A stretch of 64,000 nucleotides of DNA from positions 7,200,655 to 7,264,654 of the forward strand of contig NC_134033.1 of NCBI RefSeq assembly GCF_964204645.1, written 5' to 3'. A model generated the notes under the pieces. That model saw only the letters and a program-made list of their open reading frames with translations, was not told the origin of the DNA and made no database searches. Numbering within the stretch: position 1 is the first letter of the stretch; the number at the start of each line of letters is the position of its first letter. The translations under genes were made by a program, and so were the position numbers. Shown one piece after another: positions 40,781 to 52,800 of this stretch. The DNA is from Tubulanus polymorphus. Taxonomy: Eukaryota; Animalia; Nemertea.

Positions 40781-41663
40781 TCCTTTCGCCGCGCATGGCA
40801 AGCTGGGCTCCGCATAAAATTGACATTTGATGTACGTATGACAAACTCAGCTCGACGATAAGTATTGTCTAGCACCCCTTAGTCATCGAACATCGTTACA
40901 ACTCAATACATTGAGTTGTACATACTCATACTTGTATGCACACCACACAACTTAGTTCTTAATTTTTCAATAAGATGGCAAAACTTTCGCCAGATGGTTC
41001 AGATGATTGGCCAGCTGGTGGCGCCAGGTCATGGCTCAATTAATGTACTATGCTCTCAAATTCTTGTGGTGGTCGGATTTTTTAAATCATATTTTTAGCT
41101 ACTTTTACCAAGGAAACATCACAAATAAGTAAGGCCCAATCAATATAAATTGTTTTCTTTAAATTGCTTTAATTTTTTTTACCTTGGGACCTAGGGGCGG
41201 ATACAAGGGGAGCAGGGGGAGCGCTCCCCCCTCAAAATTTCAAGGTGCCCTCAAAATTTTTTTTCAATTTTTTTATTTAGGTAAAATACTTTATAGAACC
41301 TAACCATCCGTAATTGGGTGTTTCAAAAATAATATAATTGATGTTTTCCGGTGACTTTCATGGGGGGCCGGGGGATGGACCACTCTTCCTTTTCGACTCT
41401 TATCTTTGGCAATTCAATACGTATACATGTCTAGGATACAGGATTCGCAAAGGCTCCCAGGTGCCACCAGAAAAGCCCAGATACCTCTTAAATTGCATCA
41501 AATTAAGAAAATTTTCTGGAAGCTCGAGCGAAGTATACTCTTAGAGTGCCCGCATTCATCAAAATGTGCCCTAACTTTACCTGCTGCCCCTCCTTAATTA
41601 AACCCTAGATCCACCCCTGGGACCAAAGTACACCACAATTAAACCATGTTTGCAGCGAAAGGG
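40781..41663. mobile_element. piggyBac-like MITE containing a nested MITE of about 425 bp (about 41192-41619, AGGGGCGGAT...ATCCACCCCT)
   Basis: TTAA|TCCTTTCGCCGC ... GCAGCGAAAGGG|TTAA. Confidence 0.7.
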
Positions 41664-44044
41664 TTAAAAAAGAGAGGCAGTAGGTACAAAATCAAGTAAA
41701 ACAAGTATTACTTACTGCTTTTTCAGCATGAAAACATACGATTTTAGAATTTAAACTTTCAACAACCGTCTAATTTCCACAGATTTGAATTGGTTTTTTT
41801 AATCTTTTCACGAGGAAGACTTGCAATTCATCTCCATGTGAAATGATCTGCTTTGTCAAGTAGCTATGGTGAAAATGGCATCATTCTATACAGTTCACCT
41901 TGAAATTCTATGACCCACATGAATCAACTCTAGGGGACCAACGGTCCTGTGCTCTCAAGGTCCTGTTTTCATAATCTTTGTTAAAATATTTGTTCTCTCA
42001 ATTAGTCTCTTAATCATACAAATTGGATCATTTTAACAAGTGTCTCATAGGGCCTACTGCAAGGCTGTAGCTTTATCTATTATCCTCATAAAAATTATGT
42101 CAATTTGCTTAATGACAAATACTTAAAATCAATTTTTTTTTCCAACGATGGATTATATTTTATTAAATTGAGTTGAATTTGGTTTTTTGCTTAATACGAA
42201 TGAAATTATTGGCAGATTAAAATAGAATTAGCTGATGATCTGCTGCTTCAAAATTTGATTTAATTACAATGACTATGACTACTGTTAAGTTTCTGGTACT
42301 CAAGATGTACAGATGAGTACATGTAACTCAACTTAAACTAAAATTTCAGAGTATGATATGTAGCTTAATCGAGTTACAATGAAGGTTAAGAATGAGCAAC
42401 AGGCTCAAAGATTACAAGATGGCTGTTCACACCAAGCAATGTAGTCATTCACTTGGTAAAGGCGCCAACACATGCATTTCGCGTACGCATTTTGTCGAGG
42501 GCAAAGTTCGTATGCATTTGGTGCAGAATATAGGCCTCCGCACACAAGCCAAAAAATATGCTCAACAAAGGGAGCCGTGACAAGTGTGTAGGCATTATAC
42601 AACCATATTTACTTCATAGCCTATCTGCACCATTTACAAGTGACTATTCATTGTCCTTGTGAAATCTACTTGAATAAAAAGGAATTTTCTGTTCCTATTA
42701 AATCTACATCGAGATTCGTGGGTCATGAAAGGGGAAAATTATGATTTTGATAATTCAAGTAACCCCATTACAGGTAGTCATATTCGAATGTAAAATTTGG
42801 CTTTCTTTCATTAGAAAATCTTATTCAAATTATTGTGATCAACTTTTATCACCATGCAACTAAATATAATGTAAAACAATACTAGTCAACCAAATATAGG
42901 CCTTCTGTAAAACAATACAAAGTAGCCAGAACTATCTATTGTAGCAAATTTATCTGAACTTTCGCTTACTCAATGACTGTAAAAACTGTGTACTGTGTTT
43001 TTAATTAAAAAATATCAGTCCTAAACTGAAGTGGGAACAAGGTATAAAATGCCTATTTCACATGACCACCCTAATCATCTCATCATAAGTCAAAAACAAT
43101 TGGTTTCATCCTCCACCACTCAGAATTCAAATACAATGTTATAAATGAATCAGTCAACAAATTGTAGATTGAAGAGCAGTGCAAAAATCTCTAAAACAGA
43201 CTGCCCACCAACGGATGAGCTAAGGCAACAAAAATACCACCCACAGCTAAATGCGGGGCCAGTCATTAGAAACCCAGGTCAGGCAAAAATAAGGGTTAAG
43301 GTCATGAAGGATAGGTAAATTTTTTCAAGAGCTTCAGATGCCATACAACCAACCTGTTGTATTTGCTTTTCATGAAAATGCCCTTTATTGGTAATATTTG
43401 ACAAAATAAACATTGGTTTAGTAACACAGTCAGGCAGTTGACCGGAACAAATAATGTAGATCAATCTACTTGTTCATACGTCTCAATGATTTTTCTTAAT
43501 AATGCAAAATAAAAATGAGGGTGATTGAGTGTATTTTGGATGAATAGTATCGAATTGAATTGGTTTTTGATACTTTACTACTGAATAAAATCTAACAAAG
43601 CTGACCATATCATCAACGGTTGTTTAACATGTCTTCAATCGCATCAATTATAATAGAACAAATGGTCACATAAAAAAATGTACAACGATTATACATCATT
43701 GGCTCAATGCCAACTCTACTATCACTAAAAAAGGTAAACCAAAAAAGCCTAACAGGTGTCCCCGTGAGCTAAAATGTTTTTATGAAAATCTATCAATTGA
43801 CACAATCGCCAGAAGCACTTTACATATATCACACACTACTACATGATCCATCGTGAATATGCATGATAATTTCTAGAAGTGTTCTGCATCCATTGACCTG
43901 TTGAAGTCCATAAAAATCAACTGTGCGCAATTCAGTGTTTCACATTGTACAATGGTAAGAGTTGAAGTCAGCATTTTGTAGTACATGCGTACATAAGAGA
44001 TGGTGCAGCTGGTTTATTGTTAAATGTACTTGAAACAGACTTAC

Positions 44045-44105
44045 CTATAGGGTCTATGTGAGTCAAATGGTCAATAAAATCCCTTTTCCCCAAATAAGCA
44101 GTGAT
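44045..44105 (-). CDS. ARRB: beta-arrestin exon 3-equivalent, ITAYLGKRDFIDHLTHIDPI(D)
   Basis: CAG acceptor and GTAAG donor, 61 nt, YLGKRDF arrestin signature, phase fits both neighbours. Confidence 0.96.
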
Positions 44106-44581
44106 CTGAAAAATAAACTTTCAGAGTGAAATTTCCAAATATGTGCAAGTCAGCAGTTGGGTGCATTAATACAGAATGTGTTAACCCCACTTAAATCTGA
44201 ACGGATACCTCTGGCTACCTTTAGGCATATGTCTTTTCGCGGTTATCTCAGGTTTAAATAGTCTTGGACTAGCTTTTTTGAATAAGCAAGTGTGAAGCCA
44301 AAAACAAACACATTGACAACCAATACGGGATATCGACAAATTCAAGTTCTTGAATTTTTCGTTTGATGGCGCTAGTCAGAACCGGAAATTGGAACCTAAA
44401 TCAGCCATGTTCTACTTCATTTGCAATGAAAATCTCTCACTTCAAGTTTTCAATGAGCGAAATTTTACTTAGTAAACAATGTCACGCGTAATCCTTTAAA
44501 TATGATATCCTACCGCTAAATTGGATATGATAAAACCTCACTGCAAAGGCTAGAAATCACTATAAATATCCTAAAATTATC

Positions 44582-45480
44582 AACAAGAGCCCCAAGGGGC
44601 ACTATGGCCAGCCTGTCAGCTTTTCATAAAATGGCACATGATGATGCATTCTATGGGTTAAATTTGTCAAAATACACCGCCAGCTCAGAGTCAATACCTA
44701 ATAATTTACACTATACAATTGAAGAATACGAAAGTAGCCCAGACAGCGACTGGATCTGGCAGGAACAAAATACCTCAGATAAATCTTTTCCCTTGATCAT
44801 ATTGATTTTATTGCGGAATAGAATTGAATTTTCCGAAATTTTTCTGAATAAAACAAAATAGAATTGGATTTGTTTTTATTTGTTCAATAAAGTAAAATTG
44901 AATTTGATTTGATATTTTTTTGCGGAATAAAATTTGATTGAATTTGTAGTTTGAGCACATGGCTAATTAGCATATCAAGGTCATCTATCCGATTTAAGAA
45001 AAAACTATTTTTCCCGGACTTTGCACAATGGTCAATGATACAGAAAATATCATTTTCTGTAGTGCTTATAAAAAAACCCCTCCCAAAAACCAAATCAACT
45101 AAAGATTTCACAGAAATCGATCTTGAAATGACAATTTTAGATCTTAAAATAAAACTCGGAAGTAAAACAGTAGACGATACCGCGGGTTCACCTGAACACC
45201 TGCTGATTTCTGCGGCTAAGCCAATCATAGACGAGTCTTTGCTTTCTGATTGGCTTTTCAAAACCAATATTTTTGCGATCAGATATTCGCAAAAAAGCTC
45301 TCGAGGCCCTCTTTCAAAATTCAGCTACATAGAGTTTGGAGAATGAATAATGCTTTAATGAATGATTTGTATGAATATATGATCAGTTGCACAGTAAAAG
45401 AGCCTTTGCACTGGAAACCATGTCATTTAAATTCGCTCCATTTGTATAGTAATAGGCTCAGCCTTCGGATGGCCAAAAAA
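44582..45480 (-). mobile_element. HINE family 2 copy (nested)
   Basis: Both characteristic ends are present. Confidence 0.8.
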
Positions 45481-45901
45481 CAATTTTGCAACAGCTGACA
45501 ATGTAAAGACTGGTTGCCAGGTATCACATGGTGGCAGCACTTGATGGCCCGATTTCGATTATTGGTTCGAGTTCTGGTACTTTTCATATTTTTATCATGA
45601 ATCTACGAGTGTAGTCCTTCTAAAATCAATTTCATTTCATATTATTATTTCATATTTATCAGTGTAGCCTGCAATAAATTCCCCTTAAGAGTCTTACGAA
45701 ATGATGTCACCCGGCACCAGTCTTTACTTCCATTAGCTGCTTCAAGCGTCATCGCTAAATTTGTGATTTTTGGTAAATTTCTGACGTTTCTAGTGATATC
45801 TAGCGCTCGAAGTGAGGTTTTATCGAATTCAACACATTGTCAGGATATCATACTTAAAGGATTATGCGTGACGATGTATAGTAAGTAAAATATCGCTAAC
45901 T

Positions 45902-47207
45902 AACAAGAGGCCCACGGGCCTAGTACCTTCATGACGCAGTAGAAGAAGATTGATTAAGTATTCAAAGTTTTACAGAATGATTTACATTGTAACGATATAA
46001 CAAGTTTTAAAATGGTTAAGAGGGATAGGCTATGTGGCGATAATGTTCATTTTCTGTTAATATATCCTTACATGAAAAGAAAAGCCCATTTTAGCTGGCC
46101 CAAAGATCACACTACATGAAAAAATGCATCAAGAATTGGTGTAGGCATCGTGCTAAAAAGAAATTCTAAAATTGGGCTTGCTGACATGGTTGTACTGAAA
46201 GCTGGCTTGGTGGTTTTGTATTTCTGTAGTAGAATTAATCGAACTTTGAACCGATTACTTTTTAAAGAGCTAAGAGATCGGTGTTGTCTTACATCACTAC
46301 ATGAAATGTTACACACGGGGACTGGGAATCAGAATGGGTTTATTGTAGACGAGGACCAAGTTAGTGCAAGCTTTTGGATAGTTGTTATTTGAATATTGTA
46401 GTGTCTTAACGGAATCTATCATCATGTTGATAATTGCTAGATTACTTATCGGATTGTGTTGAAATGATTTTGCATAGAAACATTTACGACTGAAAGAATA
46501 AGTGACTAACTCGAGTGACTTCAGGTGAAGAGAAGCGAACACGAAAATAAATGGAGCCATGATTTTTCTTTTTAAAATAATAAAGACATTAAGCAAGAAT
46601 AAGTTGCATTTCCTTCAAATGACAATCCACTATGATCATCCGATCAAGTTTATTGCCACCAGAGACTACCGCCCCCTGGCTCTTTGGAGACTGGGAACCA
46701 GTCTTCAATTCAATTCAGAATTTATTTTAGAAAAAAGCGGTTTTTAAGTTTTAGATATTTAAACTGAAAAATATAAATGTTCATACAGAGATTTTTCAAA
46801 TAGCCGCTTACGCAAGCACCCAATGAAAGTAAAAGAAAATTAAAAGAATTTCTTAAAAACGTGAAAGTAAATATTTTATTGTGAAATTTTTATTGTGTCA
46901 ATAAAGAATGAATTGAATTGTCGGCAGCACTAAGCCGTGCATGAATACCAATTTCAAGACTGATCATGCACGCTCAACCAAGGTTGGTATGCGCTGCTAA
47001 AATAACAAAAACGATTAAACAAAATCATAAAACAATGAAAATAACAAATGTTATAGCCAATATACGAAAGGAACCTAGATTTTATTACTGCATTAAATGT
47101 GTGTTAATATCAGAGCCCAAGAAAGTTTCTAACGAAAGACTCCCCAAGCAAGTTATCAATCCGTGTGATAGCAATATGGACTTGCAAGCATGCAAGCCCA
47201 TGAAAAC
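45902..47207 (-). mobile_element. HINE family 3, complete copy (nested)
   Basis: AACAAGAGGCCC-AC-GGGCCT end (also seen at 29029) and terminal hairpin. The host arm rejoins across it. Confidence 0.8.
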
Positions 47208-47269
47208 TTGAAGCGAGAGATTTTTATTGCAAATGAACTAAAACATGGTGGATTTAGGTTCCAATTTCC

Positions 47270-47703
47270 TTCTTCTTCGTCCGTTTACTATCAGCAACAA
47301 CTTGTTGATGAATATTACAGTTTTGGGTATGCGCAGAGGAATAAATATAAGTATCGGGGAGAAATTTAAAGGATATTTTTTTTGTTTTCATTAAAATAGC
47401 CATGAATACTAATGACTAGGGAGAGCAGCCTTGAAGCTTGCAAGGCTGCCGACTGACACCAGGTCTGAAGGGTGTTTAAGGGTATGTTGTTGCTCGTCCT
47501 TTTTTATGCTGAGGACATGGCATTTTTCAGGGTGAAATGCCATGAGCCACCGGTCTTCCCATTCCACTACTGGGTTTAAATCTTGTTATAGTATCTCTGC
47601 CTCTTGCTGGGATGAGACAGTGAGATAGACCAATGTATCATCCGCGAATAGCCTAGCTGTTGAGTGGATATTGTCTGGGATGTCGTTAATGTAATATAGG
47701 AAT
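47270..47703 (-). mobile_element. 5'-truncated, internally deleted CR1-group LINE
   Basis: Translates FLYYINDIPDNIHSTARLFADDTLVY...*QDLNPVVEWEDRWLMAFHPEKCHVL (RT FADD motif). Ends in a (GAA)n tail. Confidence 0.85.
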
Positions 47704-48231
47704 TCCGGTTCTGACTGGCGCCATCAAACCAGAAATTCCAGAACTTGAATCTGTCGATATCCCGTATTGCATCCATGATGAAAGCAGTATGAACTAGATG
47801 AGGTGGTACGACACTGAATTGAAATAAACCCTTTAACCCTCAAACATCACGCAGTTTAGTAGAACATCTAAATAAGAACATCTAAATAAGAAAGTGGCAA
47901 TGTTTCCCCAGGGAAAGTTCAAGTTAGTTCAATTCAAGTTAGCCACCCAGCGGCGAGATTTAATGGCGAGAAACCTCAATTTTGTATAGGGCCTATGGAT
48001 GGAATTCTCACCTGCTCAAACCCTCACACTTAGTTTCATGAAAGTCTATCAAGAATTCCACCTATGTATCATGCTAAGATGAAATTCAATATAGTGGCCA
48101 TATTGAGCAAAACTAAATGACATTAATTGTTTGTTTTTCTCAGTGAGTTGACAAACCAATAATTCGTCAGGTTGTTGTCATTTATAAGTCAGTAAGTGTA
48201 TAATTGTATTTTCAGAAAAATCTTTGACTAA

Positions 48232-48940
48232 AAAGTGAAATAATTAAGATTTTTAACATAAAATGATGAAAAATAGTTAAATTTCTAATCAAAAAAGGGA
48301 AATAATCTAGAAAATTCAATTTAATATAGGCCTATACAAGATTTGATTATAAAATGGCGAGAGAAATCCCACAATAACAAAGCCAAGATTGAAAAATTCT
48401 ATATCAGAATGATTATATTTGAGGAGCGACGTTTCAGCTGACAACTGTTAGCCATCATCAGGCGTACTGAGAACAAAATCAAATAACAGTATATTCATAC
48501 AAGAATATGACAAATGATAAAGATTAAAGGATTAAGATTAAAGTAATTAAATAACAAAAACCGGAACACTAAGGAAGAAAACAAAGAAGGCAAATGACAA
48601 ACTAAGGGGATGTAGTGCGAGATTAAAGTAATCTAAAAACAAAGTCCAGAGGGTTCAAAGGCAGACAAACTAAGGGGTAATCAGACAAAAACAAAAGGCA
48701 AGTACATCAAAGGGATAATCAAACCCTCAGGTTTGAAATTTTTGACGTCATTTTTATGTTCTCTGAGGTGCTTGTTCAAATCACACCCATTTCTTTAATT
48801 TCAAATTTGAATTCGGTTTCTTCGTTCATTTATATAACAAATGTTTTATTAAATTGAATTTTCTAGATTTTTTTCAATTTTTTAATTAGAAATTTAACTA
48901 TTTTTCATTATTTTATGTCAAAAATCTAAATTATTTCACA
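48232..48940 (-). mobile_element. Penelope-like element fragment with flanking inverted repeat
   Basis: DLNKHLREHKNDVK..KPEGL (GIY-YIG-like remnant, about 48720-48790), a hammerhead-type motif, and inverted arms of about 95 bp at 48235-48326 and 48848-48939. Confidence 0.65.
48426..48465 (-). ncRNA. minimal type I hammerhead ribozyme motif
   Basis: Minus strand ACGC-CTGATGA-T-GGCTAACA-GT-TGTCAGCT-GAAAC-GTC-GC: both core boxes, a stem II and a GUC triplet. Stems I and III are very short. Confidence 0.55.
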
Positions 48941-49205
48941 ATATTCAGCGAGTCAAAATAAATACGTTATTCTCATGAACGAAAGCTTGACGAGTTGCTA
49001 CTTGGAGTTCTGATCAGAGTATTCTACGGTAAACACTGAAGTGAGTTTACTGTAATTAAGTTCTTACTAAAAGGATATTCTACCAACCGGGCAATATTCA
49101 GCGAGTCGAAATAAATACATAAATCTCATGAATGAAAGCTTGATGAGTTGCTACATTGAGTTCTGATCGGAGTATTCTATGGTAAACACTGAAGTGAGTT
49201 TACTG
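48940..49205. repeat. direct duplication, period about 153 bp
   Basis: AATATTCAGCGAGTC...GTGAGTTTACTG occurs twice. Confidence 0.85.
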
Positions 49206-49291
49206 TTATTAAACATATTTAAAGGCTGATCACATTTATTTTCAATAGGAGTGGACATTTCATCTGCCCCAAATCCTCACATTAATATTTC

Positions 49292-50849
49292 AAACAAGAG
49301 CCCCGATGAGCGCAATGACCAGCTTGTCAGATTTTCATAAAATGGCAAATGATGCATTCTGAGCATTCACTATATTTGCCAAAATACACTCCCAGCTCAG
49401 AGTCGATACCTATAATTTACACAGTACAATCGTGTTTTATAAGTGGCACAGACAGGGCAATGGCAGGAACAAATACCTCAGATCAATTTTTTCCCTTGGT
49501 CTTATTGATTAGAATACGGAATAGAATTTTCTGAAATTTGCTCAATAAAACAAAGTTGAATTGTATTTGATATTTTATTGGTTCAATAAAGTAAAATTGA
49601 ATTGGATTGATATATGGCTAATTAGCATATCAAGGTCATCCATGCGATTGGAAGAAAAAGGCAAAAACCGTAAAGTTTCTGTTTATAACGCATGCGCATT
49701 AGTAAGTGTTGGGGAAATCCTCCAAGTCCAGAAATTGGTCGCGTGCGCATGCGTCACTACATGTGTATTTTTTCGGGTCATGTCAGAACGCTGAAACATA
49801 GAACTATAACGCCGGAATGAACCTGTTTTAACTTTTTGCCCAGCGGGGAGGCGCAGTTTGTTTGGTCGCTTAAGAGGATCATTTGTATTTTTGGGGATGA
49901 CAGGTGTTCAAGTGATCTTGCTGTAAGCTGAAAGGATGAATGAATTTTTCTGTTACACATTCGGGATTCGAACTTAAAAGCACATAGGCTAAAAGTATAT
50001 CCTGGGGCTATCAAAGTTCATTATTTCATATTCGGGAAGATGTAACTTTTTTATTCAGCAAACAATAACCAAGCGAAAATTAGATCATCAAAGTTCATGT
50101 CGTAACGCTTGAAATACGACCAGTAATTTTCGGGTTTCGAACCTGATAGCGCCCCTTATAAGATGAACAAGCAATATTTTTACGGGATTCGAACCTAATG
50201 GAAACTACAGCGACTGTTAAGTCATTAAAGTTCACATGCAGTTCACATGTAGTGCCGCATGCGCATTGTGCTGATTTCTCAACTTGGAGCAATTCCCAGC
50301 ACTGACTAATGCCCATGCATTAGCTAGAAACAGAGACTTGGCAAACTTTACGGTTTTTGCAAGAAAAAGGTATTTTCCCGGACTTTACATTGTCAATGAT
50401 ATTTTCTGTGGTGCAAATAAAAATATACCTTCCAAAAACCAAATCAACTACAGATTTCAAAGAAATCGATCTTGAAACATATATCTTGAAATTTTAGATC
50501 TTAAAATAAAACACGGAAGATAAACAGCATAAAATGCCGCAGGTTCACATGAACACCTGCTGATTTCAGCGGCTAAGCCAATCATAGAGGAGTCTTTGCT
50601 TTCTGATTGGCTTTTTAAACCGATATTTTTTGGGTTTAGATTTTTGCGAAAAAGCTCATATAAATTCTAACAAGGCCCTTTTTTCAAAATTCAGCTCGCT
50701 AGGATTTGGAGAATGGATAATGCTTTAATGAATAATTTGTATGAATATAAGCTCAGTTGCACAGTCAAAGGGCCTTAGCTCTGGAAACCATGTCATTTAA
50801 ATTTGCTCCATTTGCACAGTATCAGGCTCAGCCTATGGCTGGCCTAAAA
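49292..50849 (-). mobile_element. HINE family 2, diverged copy with nested MITE
   Basis: Colinear with the other family 2 copies outside 49661-50360. Confidence 0.75.
49661..50360. mobile_element. Mutator-like MITE
   Basis: TIR GCAAAAACCGTAAAGTTT with an imperfect extension of about 100 bp. Perfect 9-bp TSD AAGAAAAAG. Confidence 0.85.
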
Positions 50850-50980
50850 ATCTAAAAAGGTGGTGTCCTGTTAATAAGGTCTCAAGGGTACGGCAGACAT
50901 CCCACAGCACACATAAAAACAAGGAGTATTTCATGGTCATTGATGTTGTTAACCTCAGACTTATGGAAACAAAAACTTAC

Positions 50981-51011
50981 CTTTCCATTGGGGCTGCTTT
51001 TCTTGAATACT
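50981..51011 (-). CDS. ARRB: beta-arrestin coding exon 2-equivalent, (R)VFKKSSPNGK
   Basis: Minus strand TTTACAG|A GTA TTC AAG AAA AGC AGC CCC AAT GGA AAG|GTAAG. 31 nt, contains the arrestin N-terminal KK phosphate-sensor motif. Confidence 0.93.
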
Positions 51012-52326
51012 CTGTAAAGAGAACATCATGACATAATACAATATTAATCACAGGCTATATCATATTACAATCTAGGGAGTACAGTGGTTTCGCTAATATA
51101 GGCCTAACCGAAATTCGAACCTCACAGTCAACCCAGACCGAAGTATGCGAACACAAAATTATCGCACGTGTTACAAACAGCCCTGCTCCAGATGTTCGGC
51201 CGGGGCCGTGTTTTAGTGGCTGTGCCTCAGCTGTGTTTGAGACAACACTCAATGTTTATGTAAATGAATTACACAAACACTGTATACCGGTATTCAATAT
51301 GGTGGATTCAAGAGTCGTTGTTAGGAAATTAATTTCTTCGACGAAATTGGGAGTTCATGGTTTAAAGAAGCGTAAAAATCAATGAAATGTTATTTTCACT
51401 TTATCCAATTGAACGGATTACCGTTTAGGCACAGATGTAATGTAGGCTAAGTGATGGTCAAGTGTACCAGAGCCTTGAAAATTGTCAAATAGATGATCGA
51501 ATGAATATCTCGACAAAAACTAAAGGGAAACAGAATGGCAGTCAGTGGACTACCCACCTAAATTGAAATGAAATTGAGTGGACAAGCTAGGGGGCTAATC
51601 CAATTCATTGACAGCTGCACTATCAGTCATGGATTACTAGTTACTACTCGTTACTATTTACTATTCTAGATTTTGGATGAAGTTATCAAAAACAATGGAT
51701 CAGACATGGAAGTGGTCATTCATTTATTACGTATGCATTAGGGGAGGGGGAGGGGTCAGTGCAATTGCGTATGCTTAATGTATATGAAAAAATTACCAAT
51801 TTTGCGTGCAGAGGGGAGGGGCGGATGAAATATTCAAATTTTATGCGTACGTAATAAATGAATGATCCCAAAGGGGAAAAAAGCCAACTCTAGTCAATCA
51901 ATCTCACTATGGTGTAATGTGCCCCTTGCATCATTACCTAAGTTTGATTAAGACAATATATATTGACGAGCATTTAATTTCATAACTGGATAAAAATCCC
52001 AAATCTTCGAAGAAGACAAAAATCCCCAAGACTTTTCAACAACATTGAATGCAAAATATCTAGGGTTTTCTGCAGATCGCAGAAAACCTTATTGGAATTA
52101 TGATGTTTATTCTTTGGCAAATTTTCCACATTTTTACATAAAATCTATAAGATTTGACATTTCTAAAAGCTTTTAAATGAAATGTTGAATTCTGATGAAA
52201 ATATCACGGTCGATTCTGAACAGGCAGATTCTATGTACTGTAGGCTATATCCTATTTCAAACTTTAAAATATAGCTGCAAAGCAGCGATAACAGGTTTTC
52301 TGCACAGTTTTAGAATCCTGTTCAAC

Positions 52327-52800
52327 GGTCAACACAGCTTTATAAAAGGAAGGTCGACAAACAGTCAATTAGACCTACTTGAAACCATGGACAACTGGAC
52401 CAGATGGCTTTACTTGACACTGAAGGCTGTAGACTGTAAGTCATAATTAGTCTTTATGGATTTTGACAAAGCCTTTGATAAGGTACAATATCAGCCATTG
52501 CTAAACAAGCCACTAGGAAACATTATCAATGATAGGTCGCTCAAATGGCTCAGCAGTTATATCTGAATGAAAACAGGTGGCCGAAATCAACGGAACGCCT
52601 CATCTTGGAATAAGTCCGTCTAACTAGTGGAGTCACGCATGGTAGTATCCTAAGTCATCTTCTCTTTACTGTCCTGATAAATGACAAACTCAGTAAACCA
52701 AAATGTACCGGACCAAGTAAATTTCAAAACCAACCTAAACAAGCTGTGTGCCGTACATGGCCGGAAACATGGATGATGGGCTTCAACCTAAAAGTCATGA
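52327..52800 (+). mobile_element. degenerate CR1-group LINE reverse transcriptase fragment
   Basis: QHSFIKGRST...FMDFDKAFDKV...GVTHGSILSHLLFTVLIND, with frameshifts. Confidence 0.75.

Larger units (their letters stand above)
44321..47769. mobile_element. foldback (long-TIR) element disrupted by three later insertions
   Basis: 44321-44580 is the imperfect reverse complement of 45770-45900 plus 47208-47269 plus 47700-47769. Confidence 0.8.

Noticed and set aside
44604-45498. Overlapping ORFs of 82-131 aa on both strands
   Set aside because: They lie inside a multi-copy non-autonomous element, are not preserved between copies, and show no protein motif.
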